Shown here: positions 1-9,721 of the stretch, piece after piece
Position numbering within the stretch: position 1 is the stretch's first letter
How the letters are laid out: every line of letters starts with the position of its first letter
From: Fonticula-like sp. SCN 57-25
Lineage: Eukaryota
Assembly: GCA_001724245.1 (NCBI GenBank)
Contig: MEDX01000009.1
Span: 57,279 to 77,278, forward strand
Length of the DNA: 20,000 nt
Direction of reading: 5' to 3'
Program-made: the position numbers and the translations under genes
The notes under the pieces: model-generated
The model's database searches: none
The model's input: only the letters and a program-made list of their open reading frames with translations
What the model was told of the DNA's origin: nothing

Positions 1-218
1 GCTCACGGGACCGCCGTCGTAGTCGCAGCCGCTCAAGAGACCGTCGTCGTAGCCGCAGTCGCTCGAGAGACCGTCGCCGCAGCCGCAGTCGGTCAAGGGA
101 CCGCCGCCGCAGTCGTTCAAGGGATCGCCGCCGCAGCCGAAGCCGCTCGAGGGACCGCCGGAGAAGCCGCTCGGGAGACCGGCGGCGCGACCGGTCCCGC
201 AGCCGCGATCGCCGTTGA
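1..218 (+). CDS. 3' end of an Arg/Ser-rich (RS-domain) protein, probably splicing-related; 5'-partial
   Basis: Frame starting at nt 3 reads SRDRRRSRSRSRDRRRSRSRSRDRRR...DRSRSRDRR then TGA at 216-218; imperfect ~30-nt tandem unit with synonymous variation; AT-rich 3' region with AATAAA at 256-261. Confidence 0.8.
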   Translation, partial: SRDRRRSRSRSRDRRRSRSRSRDRRRSRSRSRDRRRSRSRDRRRSRSRSRDRRRSRSGDRRRDRSRSRDRR

Positions 219-417
219 GTGTTGCCCTTGTAGGCGTTGAGCATAACAATTGTTTAATAAATACTGCATAATATCCATGAAGGAATATTGTGATGTAAAC
301 TCATGACATCATCATAAAAAAGGAATCCACATGTGAGCCTGAATGTATTGCGAATATGAATAACTTTATTTACGAAACATCAACAACGTAATAATACAAA
401 TAATACACGTCGGCCCC
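219..417. terminator. AT-rich 3' end region shared by two convergent genes, with a candidate poly(A) signal on each strand
   Basis: Lies between TGA 216-218 (+) and the stop at 418-420 (-). AATAAA at 256-261 on +; TTTATT at 365-370 is AATAAA on -. Confidence 0.5.
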
Positions 418-2140
418 TCACGCCTTTTTCGCCTCTGCCAACTTTGTCTTTAACCTCGCCGTCTCCATATCGAGATCGAGCAGCGACTGCCTCAAGCTCT
501 CGACCACGTCCGCGCGTCCCTCCTTCTTGTGCTCTGCAATGTACCGCACGACCTGCGCGCGCTGCACCTTGACAACGTCCATCTGATCAAGGATGGCGTC
601 CACTTCCTTATTGCTGCTCCCTTGGGCAGCGCGCGCGGGCAGCTCGGGCGGCGTGGCGTGCGTGTTGGCAATCCAACTGAACAGGTTGCTCCACCGGCGG
701 GTGTCGCCCGACTCGGAAGAAGCCTGCATGACCGGCGACGCGGCGGAAGTGGCGGGAGATGAGGCGGACACGGCAGGGGACGGCGGCGCCTTGAGGTCCT
801 CCTTGGTGAGGAGCGGGAGGGCAAGCATGTGCGTCTGAAGGTAGTCATTCGCGGCGGCATTCATCGTCCTAAAGTGGAAAATCAGTATCAGAAAGGTACA
901 AAAAGTGCCACAAATACACAGGAAAAAGTCAAAAATACACAAAAGGCATAAAAAACCCCCTAAAAGAGTCAACGTACTGGTGCAGTCTTCTCTGTGTATG
1001 GTCGTCGTCCGCCAATGGTATCGCATCAATTCGCCGCGCAACGGCGTCGTACGCGTGATAAATATCCATTATCTCCTTGCGCATCCGCTGCCCCTCGGCA
1101 AACAGCCGCAGCCGCTCCTTCTCCCCTGTCGTCGACCTGCACAATGTCAGTCAAAAATCAAGGGCAGAGTCAGGGGCATACTCGAGGGCGCGCAGGTGCG
1201 CCTCGTATGGCCCGCAGCGCAGGGCGGCCTGGCGCTGGAGCTTTTTCATGGCCTCGTAGATGAGCACGATGGGCGGCCGCGGCGGGTCGGCGTTGCGCTC
1301 CTGCTTGTGGCGGAGAAGGCCCCAACAGGCGGCACAGGCGCGCACGTGGGGGATGGAAGGGGCGGGGCTCTCGGGAACAACTACAAAGGAGTTTAGATAT
1401 CCGGAATTAATTGTCAACGATGAACATCAATGCAGGCAAGTATCATCATCATCAGCATCATCATCAAGACCAGCGCAACATCGACAAGTTAAGCGACTAT
1501 AGCCAAAACAAAGGCGCACCTCGTAGAAGCGGGCGCTGGTCCAAAGCGATGAGAATGGTGCACTTTGGCTTATTGCAGGTGACCGCCCCGCAGAGGCGGC
1601 AGTTGTGCTTGCGGCCGATCCCGCACGGGTCGTCGCAGACGCTGCACTTGCTGCCGTCCTGCCACTTGACTACCGACTGCTCCTTCTCATCTACATCAAA
1701 CGAATAAGCAAGCCAATGAAAAGGTAAAGGTAAAGGAAAGGAAAGAAAAGCGTACGTCGCTTGAGGGGGAGCGTGATCGTGCGGTCCTCCTGGATCTTTA
1801 GCAGCTAAGGATCGCAGGTTAGAAAAGGAATCAGCAGAAAGGAAAAAGCGCGCCTACCTTATCAATTCGCAATTCGAGTCGCGACACTTCCAGCTCGGCC
1901 CTCTCAAGCAGCGGCTTCCGCGCCCGCCGGAACGCCTTCCAATGGCTCCGGGTGATCCCCACTGTTCCCCGCAACCGTCGTCAGCACCAGACACACACAC
2001 ATGATCATCGCGTACGGTATGGATCGGACTCGATCTCCTCCCTATGCAAAGACGGCACAAAATTAAGTTCAAAGGGCGCTACGCGAGTGGAAAGGGCAGG
2101 AGGGGGCGTACGGCGGCCGTCGCTCGTCCGGGCTCGCCAT
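418..2140 (-). CDS. RBSN: Rabenosyn-5 / Vac1(Pep7)-like FYVE-domain endosomal Rab effector, 8 exons
   Basis: Exons (minus): 2140-2112, 2041-2016, 1961-1858, 1804-1756, 1690-1520, 1380-1182, 1136-978, 868-418; all GT-AG and in phase. Motifs: GITRSHWKAFRRAR..LELRIDKLL; FYVE EQSVVKWQD..CSVC..RKHNCRLCGAVTC...VRACAAC; AYDAVARRIDAIP..QRRLHQ..AANDYLQTHMLALP; C-terminal Rab-binding-type helices QVVRYIAEHKKEGRADVVESLRQSLLDL. Confidence 0.85.
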
Positions 2141-2217
2141 CGAAATCGCTGATGCCGTGTCGCTCGTCAGTCGAATCACGTGACAATTGCGTTTGCGTCA
2201 ACAGGCGAGAGGTAAAC
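2141..2217. promoter_or_regulatory. 77-bp bidirectional promoter region with a central E-box (TCACGTGAC)
   Basis: Between divergent ATGs at 2140 (-) and 2218 (+); TCACGTGAC at 2176-2184 is almost equidistant from both. Confidence 0.6.
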
Positions 2218-3183
2218 ATGGAGGGACGCCTGCGCGACAAGGTGATCATCGTGACTGCGTCGACGGACGGCATTGGTACGCGCTCTTACGGTACTATCAT
2301 GTGTTTATTTATGCCCGTGAATAGGCCGCGCGATTGTTGAGCGTCTCTGCCAGGAGGGCGCGCGTGTGGTTGTGAGCTCGCGCAAGGCCGCCAATGTGAC
2401 TCGCACGGTGAGCGATCTACAGGCGAAGGGGTACCGCGTCATTGGCCTTCCCTGCCACGTAAGGTGCGCTTTTCCTCTTTTTTCTCTCTTTACTGGAATG
2501 CTGATCCCACCGCAGCAATGCCGAACAGCGCAAGGCGCTTGTCGAGATGACGGTTCGCGAGTGGGGCGGGATCGACGGTCTCGTGTCGAATGCGGCCGTG
2601 TCGACGAGCATGGGCGCGATGCTCGACTTTTCCGAAAAGGAGTGGGACAAGATCTTTGATGTCAATGTCCGCGCTGCCTTTCTGCTTGCCAAGGAGGCCG
2701 TCCCGCACATGCGCCCCGGATCGTCCATCGTCTTTGTGTCGTCGATCGCCGGCTTCAACCCGAGCCCCTTCCTCGGCATCTACTCTGTGCGCCCTTTTTG
2801 ATGACCTTTGCGCTCTATTGGGCCTTGCTGACGCATGCGGGTGTGCACAGGTGAGCAAGACGGCGCTGCTCGGTCTGACGCACGCCCTCGCCATGGAGCT
2901 CGCGCCGCAGGGGATCCGCGTCAACTGCCTCGCGCCGGGGATCGTCAAGACGCGCTTCAGCGAGGGGCTCTGGAGCGACGAGCAGGGCGCATCGGAGCGC
3001 GTGCCGATGGGGCGGCTTGCTACAAGCGACGAGATGGGCGGTGCGATGCCGATCTTTGGCAGTTTACAGTGAACTGATGTTGGCGCGCTGATAGGAACCG
3101 TGGCGTACCTGCTGTCGTCCGACGCGTCGTATGTCACGGCAGAGACGATTGTCGTCGCCGGCGGCATGCCCTCGCGCCTCTAA
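2218..3183 (+). CDS. DHRS4: Peroxisomal short-chain dehydrogenase/reductase, DHRS4-like, 5 exons
   Basis: Exons 2218-2275, 2325-2463, 2516-2786, 2851-3040, 3095-3183. Cofactor motif VTASTDGIG, VVVSSRKAANV, VSNAA, catalytic YSVSK, IRVNCLAPGIVKTRFS, ends GGMPSRL* (PTS1 tripeptide SRL). Confidence 0.92.
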
Positions 3184-3254
3184 GCGCCCGTTCAGTAAAG
3201 GCTTTTTTGTACAATAAACTGATGCCGCGTCAAACCGCTATCACAGATTGACAT

Positions 3255-3274
3255 TTCCACGTGGCCACGTGGAA
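3255..3274. promoter_or_regulatory. Perfect 20-bp palindrome holding two CACGTG E-boxes upstream of MYG1
   Basis: TTCCACGTGGCCACGTGGAA is its own reverse complement and ends ~52 nt before the ATG at 3327. Confidence 0.55.
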
Positions 3275-3326
3275 GGGGATCGCAGGCAGGACGCTCCGCG
3301 CACTTTCGAGGCCGTTTTCTCAGAGG

Positions 3327-4629
3327 ATGGCGACAATCGTGACGCACGACGGCAGGTGCGTGTTGCCGTATTGGTACATGAACGCATGGCGCTGACGTCA
3401 TGTTGATGCCGGTAGCTTCCATGCCGATGAGGCGCTCGCGTGCTTCATGCTCGGTCGCACCGCCGCCTTCCGCGATGCCAGTGCGTTGGTGGCGATCGGC
3501 CGTCCCTTGTGCGCACGCGACTCACCCATTCAATTTGTATAGGCATTACGCGCACGCGCAACCCTGACGTGATCAATGCCGGCAGCATCGTCGTCGATGT
3601 CGGCGGCGAGTACGATGCCGCGCGGAACCGCTTTGATCACCACCAGCGCGGGTTTGCCGAGACCTTTTCGCCTGACTACAAGACCAAGCTGAGCAGCGCT
3701 GGTCTGATCTACAAGTGCGCCTCGATCTTTCGCGGCATCCCTGCTTGCTCACACGATCACCCATAGGCACTTTGGCCGCGAGGCCGTCGCTTCGGTCCTC
3801 GAGTGGCCCGTGACGGACGAGCGCATCGAGCGCGTGTACCAAAAGGTGTACCGCGATTTTATCGAGTCCATGGACGGCGTCGACAACGGCGTCAACGCCG
3901 TGGAAGGTGGCAAGCAAAACTACGAGAGCAGGACGTCGCTGTCGCACCGCGTCGGCCGCCTCAACCCGTACTGGAACGAGACCGTCGACATCATGGTGCG
4001 TGGCCGGACGGCCTATTTTTCGCTTTCTTTCGGACTCACATATTTTGCGCGGTTGCATAGGAGCGCTTCCAGCGCGCGGTCGCGATCACGGGCGAAGAGT
4101 TTGTGTCGATCGTCCGCTCCGTCGGCCTCAGCTGGCTCCCGGCGCGCGCGATCGTCGAGCGCGCCATGGACGAGCGCGACGACACGCCGCCGTCGAGCGG
4201 CCGCATCATTGTCCTCCCGCAGTACTGCCCCTGGACGGTGCGCTACCACCTTTGTCACCGTGCGCGGCTAACCCCGCGAGCAGGAGCACCTCTTTGAGCT
4301 CGAGGCCGAGCGCAACCTGCCCGAGGACCGTCGCATTGTGTACGTCCTGTACGAGGACCAGAGCAAGTCGTGGCGTGTTCAGGCCGTGCCCGTCAAGGCG
4401 GGCGCCTTTGAGAACCGCAAGGCGCTCCCGGAGCCGTGGCGGGGGCTCCGCGACGACGAGCTCGCAAAGTGCTCGGGCATCGAGGGCACCGTCTTTACCC
4501 GTGCGCTTTTATATTTATTATTTGTGTGACGCTGACGAAAGGGGCGGCGCAGATGCGGCGGGCTTTATTGGCGGCAACAAGACGCGCGAGGGCGCCATGC
4601 TCATGGCCCAAAAGGCGCTCCTGTTTTGA
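3327..4629 (+). CDS. MYG1: MYG1 (UPF0160) DHH-family 3'-5' exonuclease, 7 exons
   Basis: Exons 3327-3355, 3416-3480, 3543-3714, 3767-3995, 4061-4237, 4284-4500, 4553-4629. Motifs THDGSFHADEALACFML, TRTRNP, VVDVGGEYD, RFDHHQRGF, KLSSAGLIYKHFG, DGVDNGV, RVGRLNPYWN, WRVQAVP, RKALPEPWRGLRD, FTHAAGFIGGNKT. Confidence 0.95.
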
Positions 4630-4895
4630 GGTGGTGTTTGAAAGTGTGTGCTGGTTTCGCTTGTACTCTTATAGTGCCGGGAAAGAATACTCTTAATGTA
4701 TGTAGCAATTCCACTCTTTTAGAACGTTCTTTGCAAAGGAAATGTGCCACTTTTCGTGCTCCTTGGCACGGGATCAGCTAAATTACCCGGGTTTGAAGCG
4801 TAAAGATCCGACGATTGATTTGCCGAGCTTTGACCACGTGGCCCGATTGTGTGTTTGTCGGTGTTTGTCAGACCGACCCAAAACGGCCGACCAGG

Positions 4896-5834
4896 ATGGA
4901 GGAGGGCGACGTCTGGATCTTTGGATGTGCGCAGCGGCGCGCGGTCAGTTGTGATTCTCGGCGCTCACATTGTGGTTTTAGACGGTTCCCTTGTATGGCG
5001 CGCGGGTTTCGACTTTGCCGAGAGGTACGCGGCGTCCCCGAATCGCGATTGCTGACACTGAACGACCGCAGCCATGTCGCCTACATTGAGGGATACCAGC
5101 GGCGCTTTTGGCAGGTACGTTCTTAATCCCTCATTGCGCTCTGTTCCTGACGACCGCGCACAGTCGAGCACGGACCACCGCGGCACGGAAGAGTACCCCG
5201 GCCGCGTGGCAACCCTTGTTCAGACCAAGTCGCCGTCGGTACGTTTGGCTCGCCTACTTTGCGGTTGCTGACAGCATCGCCGCAGGATCGCACGTGGGGC
5301 AGGGCGTACAAAGTGCTGGCGGAGAACTGGCCCGACGTCCGTAACTACCTGGACTACCGGGAAAAGGTGCGCTAGGCGGTCGCTCACGTCTAGCTTGGCC
5401 TTAACCGACATTTAGGGCGGCTATTCGATTCACCGGGTGGCGGTCTTCCACTCGAACGAAAGCGAAATTGCCCAGGTGCGCTGCTCTGCTTCCCTTAGCA
5501 AATAATATCTTATTTTGGAACGTCGCGACTGACTGTGCTGCGCCAGGCGCTCGTCTACATGGGCACGTCGGACAACCCGCACTTTGTCGGCCCCGAGCCG
5601 CTCGACCAGCTCGCGCACCGCATCTCTGTCAGCCGCGGTACGCCTTTTCTCCCTGTTTTGCTCTCTTCTCACGCGCACTGAGCAGGGCCGTCGGGTGTCA
5701 ACTCCGAGTACCTTTTTGAGTTGTACGAGTGGATGCGGCAGCACGTCCCGCACGACAAGGACGACCACCTGGCTGAGCTATATGAGGCAGTGCGCGCTAA
5801 GCAACGCGTAGGCCACTCAGGGGAGCCCAATTAG
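4896..5834 (+). CDS. chaC: ChaC-family glutathione-specific gamma-glutamylcyclotransferase, 8 exons
   Basis: Exons 4896-4926, 4982-5024, 5072-5114, 5164-5238, 5286-5366, 5416-5475, 5547-5637, 5686-5834. Motifs [61 protein letters not shown]. Confidence 0.94.
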
Positions 5835-5948
5835 TCAAGTTGTGCTTTTCTCAGGAACAATTTTGAGGCGTTTGTACTATAGGTAGGGAGCACGTTTACT
5901 GTGCCCGGAAATGGAAACTGTGTGCGATGCTAAAAAACGTCGATCCTC

Positions 5949-6164
5949 TGAGTCACGTGACAAACAACCGAATTGGGCAATAATCGACATCGATCAACCA
6001 ATCCCGCTCTCTCGTTACCCTCGTCCCTATTTGGAAGACGGGGCAAGCTGCGACTTTCCAAATTAGGCGATCCATCGGTACAACTGGTAATTGCCAATTA
6101 GAACCCCTGCAACGACTGGTGCATCTCAATTGGAATGCAGCCGGGAATAGCAACAGTGGCCAAT
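5949..6164 (+). promoter_or_regulatory. Putative upstream regulatory region of the Rim4-like gene: overlapping AP-1 site and E-box plus several CCAAT boxes
   Basis: TGAGTCA 5949-5955 overlaps GTCACGTGAC 5952-5961; CCAAT or ATTGG at 5972, 5998, 6094, 6129 and 6160. Confidence 0.45.
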
Positions 6165-6252
6165 CGACGATTCGGAGGAGCGCGACCGCGATAAAATTCC
6201 AGTGAAGGAAAAGCCGTCCAGAGCACGCTCGACGCCCCCCCAACGAGGACCC

Positions 6253-6320
6253 GTGTGTGTGAGAGAGAGCGAGTGTTAGAGCGCGCGCGTGTGTGTGAAA
6301 GAGTGAGAAAGAGAGGACAG
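6253..6320. repeat. (GT)n/(GA)n/(GC)n dinucleotide-rich tract upstream of the Rim4-like ATG
   Basis: gtgtgtgtgagagagagcgagtgttagagcgcgcgcgtgtgtgtgaaagagtgagaaagagagg. Confidence 0.6.
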
Positions 6321-6513
6321 AATATCCCTCTGTTCGCCTTCCTCCGAGACGCCGGATTTACCCGAGAACCGACTGCCGCTCGTGGTCGCCCCTGCCCTTC
6401 CTGCCAATTGTTGTGCCAAACCTTCTTCTGCTCGTCGCCCGCTGTCCGAGCCCCCACCCTATTCAAACATTCCCTAGCCCTCTGTGAGCTTTTTCGTGAC
6501 CAACTACGACAAG

Positions 6514-8016
6514 ATGCCCCCCCGCCATACCGAGGAAGCCCCGGCGCCGCTCGAGAAGGAAGTCATCGCGGACACCCCTCCGGCTTCACCGATCTCAATC
6601 GCCTCGACCGAGACCGCCGCACTGCCTAGCGCGAAGGCGTGCCTCTTTGTGGCTGGGTACGGCACCGGTTTCCACTTTCCTGTTTTAGATTCTCACGATC
6701 CGTGGCGCGGTTTTTCCCCTGCCAAACAGCCTTCCCGCAAGCGTTTCGAGCAATCTTCTGGCCCAGAAGCTTCGCGAGATTTTCGAGGTCTACGGTCCTC
6801 TCCATGAGGTTAAGGTTTTGAACGACCGCCCTGGCGGCCCCTACTCGTTCGTGCACTTTGAGGTACGGCCGCCGTCCGCCGCCGCCTGCCGCGCTCCCTG
6901 GGGTTCCAACTGAGCTAACCTTTCTCGAATTTTGTAGAACGTTGCCGACGCCGCTACTGTTCTCGCCGACCGCAACCGCCCGCTTTGCATGGGCCGCGCC
7001 CTTCGTGTGGAAAAGGCCTACGTCAACCGCACACTGTTCCTGGCGCGCTTTCCTACTACGCTCACCGTCGAGGTACGCCGCGCCGCGCCGCGCGCAAACA
7101 GCCCCTGACAGCGTCGCTCTAGGAATTGACCGCCGCGATTGAGGCACACGCGCCCGTCGAGTCGGTGACCATTTGCAAGCACGTGGAGACGCAGCGCAGC
7201 AAGGGATGTGGCTTTGTCAAGTTTGCCAACCGGCCACACGCCAATCAGGCGTACCAGGTGCGTTCTGCTAGCAAGTCAGTGGCAGCCTTGATTCTAACAT
7301 TTGTGCAATAGGGCCTTCGCAACAGCTATCCCACATGGGTGGTGGAATGGTGTGCCCCCGCGCGCGACAAGGAAGCCGCGAATGCCAACCCTTATATGGT
7401 TTTCGTGGGTGGGCTGGATCCTGCCTATGTCACCAAGGAAATGTGCGCGCGCCTCTCCTAGTATACACATTCGCTCACCAACGTGTGCTTGCAGGCTCAA
7501 GGAGCGCTTTGCACCCTACGGCACCGTTGCATCCGCCGACGTGATCAGCAAGGGGAGCGGCAACCGCAGCGCCTTTGGCTTTGTTCGCTACGAGTCTGAA
7601 AGCTCGAGCGAGCTGGCCATCGACGCGCAGAACGGTACCGAGTGGTTCGGCCGCCGCATTCGCGTCCAGTACTGCGAGACCGACGAGGCAAAGATGCGCC
7701 GCAAGGAGATGGCCTCCCAGCAATTTATTCCCATCTCCGAGGTGCCGATGAGCCCGCCGCCGATCTACCGCATGATGCATTCCCCTCGGAGCATGCCCCC
7801 GCCGATTTACAGTGCGCACATCTGCCGACACCCTCTCCGACCATCGTTACTGACACATGATTTGTAGTGGAGCCCACGTCGCCGCACGCCTACGTATACT
7901 ACTCGTACCCGCCCCCTATGATGGCGGCACCGCCAGCAGTCTACTACGCGAACGATGTTCTCTACGCAGCGCCGCCGTCCCCCAGGGGGATGGGCATGGC
8001 TCCGATGCAGTATTAA
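6514..8016 (+). CDS. RIM4: Rim4/Msa1-like RNA-binding protein with three RRMs and a Pro/Tyr/Met-rich tail, 7 exons
   Basis: Exons 6514-6656, 6730-6862, 6938-7072, 7123-7257, 7312-7442, 7495-7811, 7868-8016. Blocks ACLFVAGL, VKVLNDRPGGPYSFVHF, GRALRVEKAYVNRTLFL, GCGFVKFANRPHANQAYQGLR..WVVEW, VFVGGL..VTKEMLKERFAPYG, AFGFVRYE..AIDAQNG..RIRVQYCE follow the motif order recalled for yeast Rim4. Confidence 0.8.
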
Positions 8017-8405
8017 GGTGTGTAGGCAGGCTGGCTCATTCCGTTGATCGGACGAGTCGGTTTGTGCCTTAGTATTTGGATTTCGTGGCGAGTTTGGTGA
8101 ACGCATGTTAGATTTGAGTATTTAGTAGTTGTTTGTTTTGTTGGTATCATATCATAGTACAAAGTATTTATTGATATTCGCAGACGTTGTTCCTTGACAT
8201 TCCTATCACAAAACTATTGATTTTTATTTTCCCCTAGTACCAATATAATATAGTACAGTAAAATAAACGTCTTGCGCGATACTATACCGCTCTTTGCGCA
8301 ACCAACATAAAACAATCTGCATCCATCGAATTATCGTCGAATCGTCAAATTTGACAATTTGTCAAATTTTCCATCTGTTGACTCTTTTGCCTCGCTCCCA
8401 ACAAG

Positions 8406-9347
8406 ATGCTGGCGGCATCTGGACGTGCTGCAGTTCGCCGCGTCGCCGGGCGGCGCGGTGCCTCGACGCATGCTTCCCACGGTCACGGCAGCGCGCACAC
8501 TGCTGCGCCCGCGCACCCGCCGGCCCAGCACGGCGGCCGCACTGCCCTCGCCCACGAGCTCGAGGAGGAGGCCCATGCCACCGGTACTATCACACATGTG
8601 CTGCTGCCGCTGATCTTTGTGCTAACTGTCTCCTACTTTAGCGAGCACGCTCACCTGGAAGCGCATTTCGTATGTCGTCGCGCTTCCCGCCGTCGGCATT
8701 TGCGCGTACAGCTCGTTGAGCGGCCCGGCCCATGAGCCGCCGCCGTTTGAGGATTACAGCACTTTCCGCAACATCCGCAGCAAGGTACGAGCGGCTATTG
8801 TCGCGCGCTTTCATTCACTTTGTCTAACTTTTCTTGTCTTTCTTTTTTCCTTCTCTGTCTCCTTTGCCTATTTAAAGCCTTTCCCCTGGGGCTCTGGCGA
8901 GCGCAGCCTTTTCTGGAACCCGCATGTGAACCACATGGCTGGCGAGGAGGCCCACGGCGGTGCGACTTTAAAGCGGCGATCTCGGCGCATTCTAACGCAT
9001 GTTGGTTTATTTTCTTTCCTTTTGCGCTACATAGAGAGCCACGAGGAGTACCTCAACCCGATCGCTGCCTGGATCGAGTACAACCTGAATAAGGAGGAGG
9101 AGAACAAGGAGATCGCCCACGAGCACCTCCGCACCACAAAGGCCAACGCAGAGGCCAAGTACGCATATTCTTTCTATTTAATTTCCTTGCTTATATATTT
9201 GTTTTGCAGCAAGCGCTCGGTGAAGGTCTTTACGACGGCAATGAAGATGAATCACGATAACAGGTGCGAAGGAGCGTGGTATTTTTCTTTTGCTAATTTT
9301 GTGTTATTTTACCCCTTTTTTCCCTCAATATCAGCGCTTCCGCCTAA
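8406..9347 (+). CDS. COX6A: Cytochrome c oxidase subunit 6A (Cox13) with a ~70-aa C-terminal extension, 6 exons
   Basis: Exons 8406-8583, 8642-8784, 8878-8959, 9035-9158, 9210-9263, 9335-9347. Arg/Ala-rich presequence, TWKRISYVVALPAVGICAY transmembrane segment, [23 protein letters not shown] signature, then further in-frame exons to TAA 9345-9347 (last exon least certain). Confidence 0.88.
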
Positions 9348-9602
9348 GCCAACTTTCCGAATACAAAGGGAGGCTTATTTTTGCCATGGGAACCTCTCGA
9401 TGGCGTTTTTACAGTAATGGTTGCGATTCGACAATATATGATTCAAAACAGCGATTGCCCTTTAATGAATTTCACATAAAGCGTCACTTTTTTATATGTT
9501 TTGTGCACGATTATGCGCGTTTGGGTGCCGTGAAAGCGCGTGACAAAGCGGAAATCCAATGTTTTGCATGTCAAGGTGACGCGTCAGAGCATTCCTTGCA
9601 AT

Positions 9603-9671
9603 CTGATTGGATGGATTTGGTTGTGACTCGGGCCTGATTGGACGGATCTGGGTTTGCCTTGATCTGATTGG
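9603..9671 (+). promoter_or_regulatory. Three phased inverted CCAAT boxes (CTGATTGG) upstream of the PAK gene
   Basis: CTGATTGG at 9603, 9634 and 9664 (31 and 30 bp apart); the last is ~50 nt before ATG 9722. Confidence 0.6.
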
Positions 9672-9721
9672 CTGCATCTGCCGCCAAAGTTTCGGAGTGC
9701 GACTGCAACACCGCCGCGGCC

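Noticed and set aside
1-218. ~30-nt repeats that could suggest a CRISPR array or minisatellite
   Set aside because: No unique spacers; variation is synonymous in an RS-domain reading frame.
418-1041. 207-aa ORF as a single-exon membrane protein
   Set aside because: The hydrophobic stretch is the T-rich intron 977-869; the real frame is the last rabenosyn exon.
1411-1707. ORF with a His-rich run (YHHHQHHHQ)
   Set aside because: It is antisense to rabenosyn and the run is a (CAT)n tract inside intron 1519-1381.
8716-9417. 233-aa ORF as an unspliced multi-pass membrane protein
   Set aside because: The hydrophobic parts are T-rich introns with splice signals, and removing the first restores the conserved IRSK-PFPWG motif.
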